NCBI GenBank assembly: GCA_938036545.1
Contig: CALHQJ010000010.1
Coordinates: 22,980 to 86,979, forward strand
Length of the DNA: 64,000 bases
Direction of reading: 5' to 3'
Origin: an uncultured Clostridium sp.
GTDB lineage: Bacteria > Bacillota > Clostridia > Lachnospirales > Lachnospiraceae
Part shown: piece by piece, positions 29,122-38,707 of the stretch
Numbering within the stretch: the first letter of the stretch is position 1
How the letters are laid out: every line of letters begins with the position of its first letter
The notes under the pieces: generated by a model
Seen by the model: the letters and a program-made list of their open reading frames with translations, nothing else
The model's database searches: none
What the model was told of the DNA's origin: nothing
Made by a program: the position numbers and the translations under genes

Positions 29122-29926
29122 TAATAATACAGGAGAAGTAATAACAAAAAAAGACTTAAGAAGGTTGTTTTTTGATTCTTTGAGCGTCAGTGCTTCATTG
29201 AATTATGAAAAGCAAATGGATATGGGATGTGCGTTCAGCTTGGCTCCAATTTTACAGAAGCTGTATAAAAATAAAGAAGATCTGGCAGAAGCACTGAAGC
29301 GGCACACAGAGTTTTATAATGTAACACCGATGTTTAACCCAACCCTTCTGGGAGTACTGACAGCGATGGAGGAAAGAAATGCAAAAGATGAAGATTTTCC
29401 AGAAGAGTCGATCAATGCTACCAAAGCCAGTCTTATGGGACCAATGTCTGGAATTGGTGATACAATAGACAAGGGAACATTAAAAACAATCGCAACTGGT
29501 GTTGGATGTACATTCGCTTTACAGGGAAGCTTTTTAGGGCCGATTTTATTCATGCTGATATATGGCATCAGCAATTTGCTGGTTCGTTATTTTGGAGTAT
29601 TTTACGGCTATAAATTTGGAGTATCTTTATTCCAAAATACATCAGAAATAATTAAGAAGATATTCAGCGCAGTAACGATTATTGGCTTAATGGTAGTTGG
29701 CGGTATGACTGCAAGTATCGTATCTGTAAATCTGCAGCTTGCGATAGGCGTAGGAGAAGGCATCGTTAATATTATGGATGTTTTGAATACCATTATGCCG
29801 GATATTTTATCGCTGGGGATTTTTGGTTTGGTTTACTGGCTCCTAAAGAAGGAAATAAAAGCTACAACCATTCTTTTGGGAATCATAGTAGTCAGTATCG
29901 CTGGTTCTGCTGTGGGAATTTTCTAG
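29105..29926 (+). CDS. PTS mannose-family EIID
   Basis: ITKKDLRRLFFDSLSVSASLNYEKQMDMGCAF is a ManZ-type N-terminus. The gene overlaps the end of EIIC. Confidence 0.85.
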   Translation: MMMTSNNNTGEVITKKDLRRLFFDSLSVSASLNYEKQMDMGCAFSLAPILQKLYKNKEDLAEALKRHTEFYNVTPMFNPTLLGVLTAMEERNAKDEDFPEESINATKASLMGPMSGIGDTIDKGTLKTIATGVGCTFALQGSFLGPILFMLIYGISNLLVRYFGVFYGYKFGVSLFQNTSEIIKKIFSAVTIIGLMVVGGMTASIVSVNLQLAIGVGEGIVNIMDVLNTIMPDILSLGIFGLVYWLLKKEIKATTILLGIIVVSIAGSAVGIF

Positions 29927-29940
29927 GGGAGAGTTCACGT

Positions 29941-31443
29941 ATGGTAAAAAATAAGCTTCTTTTGAGAAGCACACCGATAAAAGAAAAGGTCTCTGCAAAA
30001 TCAATTTTAGAGATGCTGGAAGAAGCAGAAAAAAAGAACATTATGCTGAACAGCATTATGATAATCAGACATGGCAAAGTAATAACAGAAGGATATTATA
30101 AACCGTATTCAGAGTGTATTGAGCGCTCTATGCATTCTGCAACAAAGAGTTTTACTGCAACAGCCATTGGACTTTTGATTGATGAGGGAAGACTAAAATT
30201 AGAAGATACAGTATTGTCTTTTTTTTCAGAATATGCGCCGGAAAATCCATGTGAAAATTTAAAGAAAATGAATATATGGCATTTGCTGACGATGACATGT
30301 GGACATGATTCTGTACCAGCAAGGAAAGGGACCGATAACTATGTAAAACAGTTTTTAAATCATCCAGTACCCTATGCTCCAGGAACACATTTTCAGTATA
30401 GTTCCATGGCGAGTTATATGCTGACAGCAATTATCAGAAAAGTGTCAGGACAAAATATGACACGCTACTTGAGAACTCGTATTTTTGAACCTTTGGGAAT
30501 TTATGATGCATATTGCGATACCTGTCCTATGGGAATCGAGTATGGAGGAGGAGGATTATTCCTTCGTACAGAAGATTTAGCAAAACTGGCTGTGCTGTAT
30601 TTGAATAACGGAATATGGGATGGTAAAAGGCTTTTATCAGAGAACTGGGTAAAGGAATTTACAAAAATGCAGTTCAGGGATTCCTGGTCTCACAGCAATC
30701 CTACATTAAAGCCAGACTGGTATTGCGGATATGGTTTCCAGAACTGGAGATGCACACAAAAAAATGCGTATCGATTTGATGGGAGCTTTGGACAGTTAGC
30801 AGTAGTTTTGGAAGATTATGATGCAGTACTGGTTACTACAGCATCAGAAGCAAGACCGGAAAGGATTTTAGAACTGTTCTGGAAACATATGATTCCTGCC
30901 TTTGATAGAGAATCAACGGAAGAAGAGTGGAAAGCGTTACAGAAAAAAATAATGAATCTCGAACTGCCATGGCCAGAAGCCAGGACTGTTTCCCCGAAAG
31001 CATGGAAAATTTCTGGTAGAGATATTATAATGGACTTCAATAAGGAATCTATGGTAACAACAAAACGACAAAGTCTGGCTTTTGCAGATGCTCACATTGA
31101 ACTGAATAGAACAGGGATCGAAAAAATCAGCCTGTTTTTTGAAAATGAATTTCAATGCCGGATGCGATATACAGAAGATCATCAGGAATATGAACTTATG
31201 CTGGGTTTAAAAGATGAAATGGAACCAGGAATCTTAAGAAGTATTTGGGGTGACTATCCAGTTTTATCGACAGGCAGATGGCTGGATTCAGAACGCTTCG
31301 AGATAAGAATTTTAACAATAACTGCAGATTATTGTACAATAGTAACATTTGATTTTTCAGGTTTAGAAGTTAAAATTCAGTTTGAAGAGACGCCTTATGA
31401 CCCAGTAAAGCAGGTTCCAAAAGCCGGTTCGGAGCCCGCGTGA
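29941..31443 (+). CDS. cytoplasmic serine hydrolase of the beta-lactamase/transpeptidase-like fold with extra C-terminal domain
   Basis: It has the SxxK motif (HSATKSF), a YxS/N-type motif (FQYSSMASY), GGGGLF and DGSFGQ. No signal peptide is present, and about 170 C-terminal residues are unassigned. Confidence 0.75.
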   Translation: MVKNKLLLRSTPIKEKVSAKSILEMLEEAEKKNIMLNSIMIIRHGKVITEGYYKPYSECIERSMHSATKSFTATAIGLLIDEGRLKLEDTVLSFFSEYAPENPCENLKKMNIWHLLTMTCGHDSVPARKGTDNYVKQFLNHPVPYAPGTHFQYSSMASYMLTAIIRKVSGQNMTRYLRTRIFEPLGIYDAYCDTCPMGIEYGGGGLFLRTEDLAKLAVLYLNNGIWDGKRLLSENWVKEFTKMQFRDSWSHSNPTLKPDWYCGYGFQNWRCTQKNAYRFDGSFGQLAVVLEDYDAVLVTTASEARPERILELFWKHMIPAFDRESTEEEWKALQKKIMNLELPWPEARTVSPKAWKISGRDIIMDFNKESMVTTKRQSLAFADAHIELNRTGIEKISLFFENEFQCRMRYTEDHQEYELMLGLKDEMEPGILRSIWGDYPVLSTGRWLDSERFEIRILTITADYCTIVTFDFSGLEVKIQFEETPYDPVKQVPKAGSEPA

Positions 31444-31549
31444 AGTACGGCAACAACGACTGGCAGGTTCCAAAAGGCAGAAATTATAGTGGAAAATTTA
31501 TGATGGAAATTAATAGTTAAAAAACATCAAGCCCTTTTTGGAAAAGAAT

Positions 31550-31582
31550 CAAGGCTATTAGCTAACTAAGCTAGTAGCCTTG
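31550..31582. terminator. 14-bp stem hairpin between convergent genes (weak terminator candidate)
   Basis: caaggctattagct pairs with agctagtagccttg with one mismatch. There is no strong U-run (ggtttg). Confidence 0.35.
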
Positions 31583-31593
31583 GTTTGACAGCC

Positions 31594-31962
31594 TTATGAC
31601 TCCAGATCTTCTACGAGAATTTTGGTTACTTCTACAGTCTGGGACACTTCATCGGGATTTAGTTCTCCGGTGTAGGTAATAGAGACGGGATTGCCGATTA
31701 CAATTCCAGTAGTTCCAGTAGTGACCTCGGCCTGGCTTTTATCAAACATATAAAGGCTGCCGTCTACAGTCTTAACGGTCAGAGTGTTCATGGTTCCGTC
31801 ATCAACGACAACGGTTAGAACCTGTGTTTCAGAAACTTCGGCTGCCGTTGTCTCCTGGCTTATCGCAGAAGTCGGGGTTATCTGATTGGTCTGCTTTTGG
31901 GAACAGCCGGCCAGTCCAAGAACAGAGGCAAGCGTACAGGCAGTTATCAAGGTATATGGCAA
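31594..31962 (-). CDS. small lipoprotein-like ORF, probably 5'-truncated remnant
   Basis: A lipobox LGLAGC is present, but the n-region lacks Lys/Arg and the only start is TTG two codons after an in-frame stop, with no SD. Confidence 0.4.
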   Translation of the reverse strand: MPYTLITACTLASVLGLAGCSQKQTNQITPTSAISQETTAAEVSETQVLTVVVDDGTMNTLTVKTVDGSLYMFDKSQAEVTTGTTGIVIGNPVSITYTGELNPDEVSQTVEVTKILVEDLES

Positions 31963-32134
31963 TGGTTAGCAGACACTAACCAGAACGCAAACCAAAGTGT
32001 AAACTGAACATCTCAATGTGCAAGTCTGACACAATAGAACGATTAAAGAAGCAGAAGGAGAATAAAAAGAGGATGATTCTGGATGTAGTATTGGGGTAAG
32101 TAATATAATGGCTCAAATAGAAAAAACTCAAGAA

Positions 32135-32181
32135 ACAGTCAGGGTATGCAGGTGAAAACTCACATCCCCTGACTGTTTTTC
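32135..32181 (+). terminator. rho-independent terminator with no intact upstream gene
   Basis: acagtcaggg (32135-32144) pairs with cccctgactgt (32166-32176) and is followed by ttttt. Only a 27-codon ORF remnant precedes it. Confidence 0.6.
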
Positions 32182-32187
32182 CATGGC

Positions 32188-32216
32188 TTGCGGCTCTTCC
32201 TTATTTGTGGTATACT
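32188..32216 (+). promoter_or_regulatory. promoter TTGCGG-17-TATACT (TGn extended) of the glycan locus
   Basis: ttgcgg lies at 32188-32193 and gtggtatact ends at 32216. It is the only promoter-like element ahead of the 21-kb co-directional array. Confidence 0.55.
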
Positions 32217-32327
32217 CCCCATATAATGCGCTTAGTATGCCGTAATGCAGATTTCTGTATTTGAAGCGGCTCTAAAAGAGCGGTTTTGGGGCAGACTGAG
32301 ATTAAGAGAAGACAAGATGGAGGCAGC

Positions 32328-33689
32328 ATGTCTGAGTTAGAAACGAAATATGCCATAGAAGTAGATAAAGTAACAAAGATTTATAAATTATATGATAAGC
32401 CCATCGACCGGCTGAAAGAGTCTTTAAACCTTTCCCACAAGGAATACCACAAAGACTTTTATGCCTTAAATGAGCTTTCTTTTCAGGTAGAAAAGGGACA
32501 GACCGTAGGAATTATCGGAACTAACGGTTCCGGAAAGTCTACCATATTAAAGATTATTACCGGAGTTTTGACCCCTACGACCGGACAGGTCAGGGTAAAC
32601 GGTAAGATTTCCGCCCTTTTGGAGCTGGGCGCCGGATTTAATATGGATTATACGGGTATTGAAAATATCTATATGAACGGCACCATGATGGGATATTCCA
32701 AAAAGGAAATGGATGACAAATTACAGGATATTCTGGATTTTGCAGAAATCGGAGATTTTGTCTATCAGCCGGTAAAGACCTACTCCAGCGGTATGTTTGT
32801 CCGTCTGGCTTTTGCCCTGGCCATTAACGTAGAGCCGGAGATCTTGATTGTAGATGAGGCTCTTTCTGTAGGAGACGTATTTTTCCAGTCTAAATGTTAC
32901 CGGAGAATGGAGGAAATCCGTCAAAGCGGAACCACAATTTTGATGGTAACTCACGACATGGGAAGCATCATTAAGTATTGCGATAAAGTGGTGCTGTTAA
33001 ATAAAGGAAACTTTGTGGCAGAGGGAAGCGCAGGCCACATGGTTGATTTATATAAGAAAATTCTGGCAGGCCAGATGGAGGCGCTGGACGAAGAACTGGC
33101 GGCGGAAAAGGACGGAACTGCTAAAAATAACGGAATTTCTGATTTGGAGATGACGGATTTTGCGGCTGGAATATCTGGGAACGAGGATAAGAAACAGCCG
33201 GAACCGGCAGGACTGATGAAAAATAAAATCACCATCAATGCCAACCGTACCGAATACGGTGACGGCAGGGCAGAAATTTACGATTTGGGACTGTTTGATG
33301 AAAGAGGAAATCTGACCAATCTGTTAATCAAGGGGGAAATGTTTACCATTCGGGAGTGCATCCGCTTCCATGCCGACATTGAAGCGCCGATTTTCACCTA
33401 TACGATTAAGGATAAAAAGGGAACAGATTTAACGGGAACCAATACCATGTTTGAAGGAACTGACATTCAACCGGTGAAAAACGGGGATGAATATCAGGTG
33501 GAATTTACCCAGAAAATGACGCTTCAGGGCGGAGAGTACCTGCTGTCTATGAGCTGCACCGGATTTGAACATGGAGAACACGTGGTATACCACCGGCTGT
33601 ATGATGTAGCCAATTTGACCGTGATTTCCAACAAAAATACAGTTGGAGTCTACGATATGGAATCTCAGGTAAAGGCAGTGAAACGATGA
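32328..33689 (+). CDS. wzt: polysaccharide/teichoic-acid ABC exporter ATP-binding protein (Wzt/TagH type) with C-terminal Wzt_C-like glycan-binding domain
   Basis: The N-terminus IEVDKVTKIYKLYDKPIDRLKESL is typical of Wzt/TagH. It has Walker A GTNGSGKST, the signature YSSGM and Walker B ILIVDEALSVGD. About 150 C-terminal residues are beta-rich (YDLGLFDERGN...EYLLSMSCTG...LYDVANLTV). Confidence 0.85.
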   Translation: MSELETKYAIEVDKVTKIYKLYDKPIDRLKESLNLSHKEYHKDFYALNELSFQVEKGQTVGIIGTNGSGKSTILKIITGVLTPTTGQVRVNGKISALLELGAGFNMDYTGIENIYMNGTMMGYSKKEMDDKLQDILDFAEIGDFVYQPVKTYSSGMFVRLAFALAINVEPEILIVDEALSVGDVFFQSKCYRRMEEIRQSGTTILMVTHDMGSIIKYCDKVVLLNKGNFVAEGSAGHMVDLYKKILAGQMEALDEELAAEKDGTAKNNGISDLEMTDFAAGISGNEDKKQPEPAGLMKNKITINANRTEYGDGRAEIYDLGLFDERGNLTNLLIKGEMFTIRECIRFHADIEAPIFTYTIKDKKGTDLTGTNTMFEGTDIQPVKNGDEYQVEFTQKMTLQGGEYLLSMSCTGFEHGEHVVYHRLYDVANLTVISNKNTVGVYDMESQVKAVKR

Positions 33690-34525
33690 AAGATATGAGT
33701 TATCAGATATTAGATCTATTAGAAAAATATGGTTCTGATCCAGAGGGCATAAAAAAGGTGCTGGAGCAGGAAGCAGATCCTGAGGTGCTGTATGCCCTTT
33801 CCCCTGTACGGGAGAATCTGTTGGAGTGGTATGACTGGAATCCAGAAGGCCGCCTGCTGCAGATTGGCGCAGATTACGGAGCGCTGACGGGTATGCTGGC
33901 AGAACGTTTGAGACAGGTAGATGTATGGGACTGCCGGGATGAGGATTTAGAAGTGGTAAAACGCCGTTTTCCTCAGACAGAAGGGATTCATCTGCTGAAA
34001 CAGATGCCTTTGGAGAAGCTGGAACAGGAATATTATGATTATATTTTTATTCCAGAGATTCGTATGGATTTGCTGGAATCAGCCGGAAAAGAACGAGAAT
34101 CCAGTAATCGGCAGAATGCGGAAGTGGGGACAGCCAGCCTGCTGACCCAGCTAAAGCCCTTGTTAAAGCCTGAAGGAAAGCTGATTCTGGCCGGATTTAA
34201 CCGGATTGGACTCAGGAGATTTGCAGGAGCAGAGGCTGATGAAGGAACTGCGGCTATTACCTGGCGGCTCATAGGCGAGATGACAGAGCGCTGTATGGAC
34301 GGACATGTTCCGGCAGTTTATTATCCAGTACCGGATCACCGCCTTCCAACAGCCGTGTATTCGGATAAACGTCTGCCGGAAAAGGGAGAGTTAAGTAACC
34401 TGTCAGTGGCATACGATAAGCCTGGATTCCGGTATTTCAGCGAAGAAGCCGGATTTGACGAACTTTTGCAGGAAGGGCAGTTTCCGCAGTTTGCAGATTC
34501 ATATCTGGTAATTTGGGAGAAATGA
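33686..34525 (+). CDS. class I methyltransferase-like protein (degenerate glycine motif)
   Basis: The Rossmann pattern is [13 protein letters not shown] ... VDVWDCRD ... YDYIFIPE ... [11 protein letters not shown]. The start overlaps the wzt stop (ATGA). Confidence 0.55.
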   Translation: MKDMSYQILDLLEKYGSDPEGIKKVLEQEADPEVLYALSPVRENLLEWYDWNPEGRLLQIGADYGALTGMLAERLRQVDVWDCRDEDLEVVKRRFPQTEGIHLLKQMPLEKLEQEYYDYIFIPEIRMDLLESAGKERESSNRQNAEVGTASLLTQLKPLLKPEGKLILAGFNRIGLRRFAGAEADEGTAAITWRLIGEMTERCMDGHVPAVYYPVPDHRLPTAVYSDKRLPEKGELSNLSVAYDKPGFRYFSEEAGFDELLQEGQFPQFADSYLVIWEK

Positions 34526-37500
34526 TGAAAGAGACAATTTTTGTAAAATACAACCGGACCAGAAGAGAAGAGTTTCAGATCCGGACCAGTATCATTGAAG
34601 AAGCAGGACAGAAATGGGTGGAAAAAACGGCGCTGACCAAGGCGGCAGTCAGCCATATTCAGTCCTTACAAGAGAAAAAAGAGCAGTTAAAGCGCTGCTA
34701 TCAGAATATTGAGGCAGCCGATGTAACGGTAAGCGCAGATGGCCGGACAGCCCGATTCCCGTTTATTCAGGGAGAAACCTTAGCGGAAATTCTGGGAAGG
34801 CAGATCCAAAATGGCCAGGCTCCGGTTCAGGCAGTCAAAGAGACGATGGAACGGGTATTTTCTGTGACAGATGGAACTATGATCCCATTTACCAAAACAG
34901 AAGCCTTTGAGGAAGTCTTTGGCAGTCAGCCAGAGGACTTTTCCTTTGCAGGAGATTCTTATCCAGTCACGAATTTAGACGGTATTTTTGAAAACATGAT
35001 GGAGGACAAAGACGGTAACATATGGGTCATTGACTACGAATGGGTCTTTGATTTTCCGGTTCCCGCCGAGTTTGCCCGTTACCGGAATCTGGCTTATTTC
35101 TATTATAAGTATGAAAAACTCATGGAATACGGCAATTTGACCGCTTTTCTGGCAGAGTTTGGCATTGATTCAGAAAAGGCGTCTGTGTACGGCGATATGG
35201 AAAAATCCTTCCAGGCCTATGTTCATGGAGACAGCACCCAGGGGTATTTCAAACACTTTGAACAGAGGATCGTAACTGGCGAAGAATTAAAGCGGAAGGA
35301 TGCAGATTTGCAGAAGGCCATGGAACGGATTGTGGTGCTTCAGGAGGAAGAGGAAGACCGCAATATTACCATTCGAAAAGATCAGGAGATTATGCGTCTG
35401 ACCAACAATCATGTGGCAAATCTGGAGATTATTATAAAGGATCTGCGTCATGAGATTGATGAAATGGGTAAAACCATGACCTATTTAAACAGCCATGAAG
35501 CCCTGATTTATAAGGTTTACCGAAAACTGGCCAACGCAGTGCGCCGCCGTTTCCCCAAGGGAACACGCCGTCATAAGGTATTAAAATATGCCATTGGAAC
35601 AGTCCGCCATCCTGGTTATTATGGCCGCCTGTATGTTACCAAAGAGGGACGCAACCGGATAGAGGGAGATTTTAAGATCGGAGACGGATATCGGGAAACT
35701 GGAAAACTGGTATTCCCAAAAGAGGAACATCCGGAAGTATCGGTGGTGATTCCGGTGTATAACCAGATTCACTATACCTATGCCTGCTTAAAATCGATTT
35801 TGGAACATACGCCGGATGTGACCTATGAGATTATCATTGCAGATGACGTTTCTACAGATGCAACGGCAGAGATTTCTAAATTTGCGGAAAATCTGGTTAT
35901 CAGCCGCAATCAGGAAAATCAGGGATTTTTAAGAAACTGCAATCAGGCGGCAAAAAAGGCCAGAGGCCGTTATATTATGTTTTTAAACAACGATACCCAG
36001 GTGACAGATGGCTGGCTCAGTTCCCTGGTCAATCTGATTCAGTCGGATGATTCTATCGGCATGGTTGGATCGAAACTGGTCTATCCGGACGGGCGCCTTC
36101 AGGAAGCCGGAGGAATTATCTGGAGCGACGGTTCCGGCTGGAATTATGGCCGTTTGGACAATCCGGACAAAGCGGAATACAACTATGTAAAAGATGTAGA
36201 TTATATTTCCGGCGCAGCTATTCTGCTGTCTAAGGAATTATGGAATCAGATTGGCGGTTTTGATGATCGGTTTGCTCCGGCTTACTGCGAAGATTCCGAT
36301 CTGGCCTTTGAAGTAAGAAAAGCAGGGTATCGGGTAGTATATCAGCCCCTTTCCAAAGTGATCCACTTTGAAGGAGTTTCCAATGGTACGGATGTAAATG
36401 GTACTGGTTTAAAGCGGTATCAGGTGGAAAACAGTAAAAAATTAAAAGAAAAATGGGCAGACGAGTTTAAGAAACAGTCTGTGAACGACGGGAATCCAAA
36501 TCCATTCCGAGCAAGAGAAAGAAGCCAGAAAAAGCCGGTGGTACTGATTGTGGATCACTATGTACCGACCTTTGATAAGGACGCCGGTTCCAAGACCACT
36601 TATCAGTATATTAAGATGTTTCTGAAAAAGGGATTTGCAGTGAAGTTTTTGGGAGACAATTTCCTTCACGAAGAACCGTATTCTACCACGTTACAGCAGA
36701 TGGGAGTGGAAATTCTCTATGGACCGGAATACCAGACCGGTATTTGGGACTGGCTGGAGAAAAACGGAGACCAGATTGACTTTGCTTATTTAAACCGTCC
36801 CCATATTGCAACTAAGTATGTAGATTTTATCAAGGATCATACCAATATTAAGGTGATTTATTACGGCCATGATCTTCATTTCCTGCGGTTGGGACGGGAG
36901 TATGAACTGACTGGAGATATTAAGATTAAACGGGAGGCAGATTATTGGAGAGCCATTGAGCTTTCTATGATGCAGAAAGCATCGGTGTCCTATTATCCGT
37001 CTTATATCGAAGAACAGGCCATTCATAAAATTAACCCTGAGATCCATGTAAAAGCCATTACCGCCTATGTATATGACAAGTTTTTAGAGAAACTTGAGGA
37101 AGACTTTGAGAAGCGGGAAGGACTGGTATTTGTAGGCGGCTTTGCCCATCCGCCCAATGCCGATGCGGTGCTCTGGTTTGCCAGGGAGATTTTCCCGCTG
37201 ATTCGGGCGCAGATTCCGGACATGAAGTTTTATGTAGTGGGTTCTAAAGTAACAGACGAGATTAAGGCCTTAGAGCAGCCGGGAAACGGCATTATTATCA
37301 AGGGCTTTGTCAGTGATGAAGAACTGGAAGCCATTTACCAGAAGTGCCGGATTGTAGTCGTTCCGCTGCGTTATGGAGCAGGCGTAAAAGGAAAGGTCGT
37401 AGAGGCTATTTATAACGGCGCTCCCATTGTCACCACATCCATTGGTGCAGAAGGGATTCCGGACGTAGAAAAAACCCTGGAAATCGCAGACGGAGCGGAA

Positions 37501-37641
37501 GAGTTTGCAGAAAAAACCGTAAAATTATATGGGGATACGGCGCGTCTGAAAGAATTGTCAGACCGCACACAAGAATATATTAAGGCACATTTCAGCGTAG
37601 ATGGAGCCTGGAGCGTAATAGAGGAGGATTTTACCAGATGA
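34522..37641 (+). CDS. multidomain glycan assembly protein: kinase-like N-domain / coiled-coil / GT2 / GT4(GT-B)
   Basis: The N-terminal part of about 230 aa has APH/protein-kinase-like catalytic segments ([19 protein letters not shown]). About 85 residues at nt 35278-35540 have heptad-like charged sequence without Pro/Gly. The GT2 domain has [10 protein letters not shown]...IIADDVSTD...FLNNDT. The GT-B C-domain has [18 protein letters not shown] ... [15 protein letters not shown] ... [17 protein letters not shown]. Confidence 0.75.
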   Translation: MMKETIFVKYNRTRREEFQIRTSIIEEAGQKWVEKTALTKAAVSHIQSLQEKKEQLKRCYQNIEAADVTVSADGRTARFPFIQGETLAEILGRQIQNGQAPVQAVKETMERVFSVTDGTMIPFTKTEAFEEVFGSQPEDFSFAGDSYPVTNLDGIFENMMEDKDGNIWVIDYEWVFDFPVPAEFARYRNLAYFYYKYEKLMEYGNLTAFLAEFGIDSEKASVYGDMEKSFQAYVHGDSTQGYFKHFEQRIVTGEELKRKDADLQKAMERIVVLQEEEEDRNITIRKDQEIMRLTNNHVANLEIIIKDLRHEIDEMGKTMTYLNSHEALIYKVYRKLANAVRRRFPKGTRRHKVLKYAIGTVRHPGYYGRLYVTKEGRNRIEGDFKIGDGYRETGKLVFPKEEHPEVSVVIPVYNQIHYTYACLKSILEHTPDVTYEIIIADDVSTDATAEISKFAENLVISRNQENQGFLRNCNQAAKKARGRYIMFLNNDTQVTDGWLSSLVNLIQSDDSIGMVGSKLVYPDGRLQEAGGIIWSDGSGWNYGRLDNPDKAEYNYVKDVDYISGAAILLSKELWNQIGGFDDRFAPAYCEDSDLAFEVRKAGYRVVYQPLSKVIHFEGVSNGTDVNGTGLKRYQVENSKKLKEKWADEFKKQSVNDGNPNPFRARERSQKKPVVLIVDHYVPTFDKDAGSKTTYQYIKMFLKKGFAVKFLGDNFLHEEPYSTTLQQMGVEILYGPEYQTGIWDWLEKNGDQIDFAYLNRPHIATKYVDFIKDHTNIKVIYYGHDLHFLRLGREYELTGDIKIKREADYWRAIELSMMQKASVSYYPSYIEEQAIHKINPEIHVKAITAYVYDKFLEKLEEDFEKREGLVFVGGFAHPPNADAVLWFAREIFPLIRAQIPDMKFYVVGSKVTDEIKALEQPGNGIIIKGFVSDEELEAIYQKCRIVVVPLRYGAGVKGKVVEAIYNGAPIVTTSIGAEGIPDVEKTLEIADGAEEFAEKTVKLYGDTARLKELSDRTQEYIKAHFSVDGAWSVIEEDFTR

Positions 37642-38693
37642 GTAAACAGGTTTTAACGCCAGAAACAGAATATATGGTAAAAATTTTAGAAAAGCTGGTT
37701 AACATTCCCAGCCCAAGCGGCTATGCGGCAGAGGTAATGGAAGTAATTAAAAAAGAAGCAGAAGGCTTTGGATTTGATTCTTATTTCAGCAGAAAAGGCA
37801 GTCTGGTTATCCAGATTCCGGCAGCAGATGGAACGACAGAAAAAGATACCTTAGGCATTACGGCTCATGGAGATACTCTGGGCGCAATGGTTCGTTCTAT
37901 TACCCCTTACGGAACTCTTCACTTTGCCTGCGTAGGCGGCTATATGATGGAATCCATTGAAGGAACCTACTGCAAGATCCATACCCGCACCGGAAAGGTT
38001 TATACCGGAACTATTCTTACAACAGAGCCGTCGGTTCATACCTATGACGACGCCAGAACCCAGGAACGAAAAGTAAAAAATATGGAAGTCCGTATTGACG
38101 AGATTGTTAAAAATGAAGAAGATGTAAAGGCGCTGGAAATTTTCCCAGGGGATTACATCAGCTTTGATCCGATGTTCCGTTACAGCGAAAGCGGATTTAT
38201 CAATTCCCGCCATTTAGACGATAAAGCATCCGTTGCAATTTTGCTCACTTTATTAAAATACCTGTCTGAAACTGGTAAGAGACCGGCTCGTCCGGCTAAG
38301 ATTGTTTTGAGCAATTTTGAAGAGGTAGGCCATGGCGGTTCCTGGATTCCAGAGGACATTACCGAGTTTATGGCAGTCGATATGGCGGCAATCGGGGATG
38401 ATTTAAGCGGAGACGAGTATACGGTTACCATTTGCGCTATGGATTCTTCCGGCCCGTACCATTACGAACTGACCAACCGTTTGATTGAGATTGCAAAGGA
38501 AAAAGGCCTGAATTATACGGTAGATATTTTCCCGCACTATGGTTCTGATATTACGGCTGCATTAAGAGCCGGACACGATATTAAGGGCGCTTTAATTGGA
38601 CATGGCGTTCACGCTTCTCATGGTACCGAGAGAACCCATATTAAAGGCTTAGAGCAGACCTATGAGCTGGTAAAAGGGTATTTGGGCGTATAA
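37638..38693 (+). CDS. M42 family metallopeptidase (FrvX/CelM-type aminopeptidase)
   Basis: It has [31 protein letters not shown] and FEEVGHGGS motifs. The start overlaps the previous stop (ATGA). Confidence 0.85.
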   Translation: MSKQVLTPETEYMVKILEKLVNIPSPSGYAAEVMEVIKKEAEGFGFDSYFSRKGSLVIQIPAADGTTEKDTLGITAHGDTLGAMVRSITPYGTLHFACVGGYMMESIEGTYCKIHTRTGKVYTGTILTTEPSVHTYDDARTQERKVKNMEVRIDEIVKNEEDVKALEIFPGDYISFDPMFRYSESGFINSRHLDDKASVAILLTLLKYLSETGKRPARPAKIVLSNFEEVGHGGSWIPEDITEFMAVDMAAIGDDLSGDEYTVTICAMDSSGPYHYELTNRLIEIAKEKGLNYTVDIFPHYGSDITAALRAGHDIKGALIGHGVHASHGTERTHIKGLEQTYELVKGYLGV

Positions 38694-38707
38694 CAGGAGG
38701 ACAAAAA

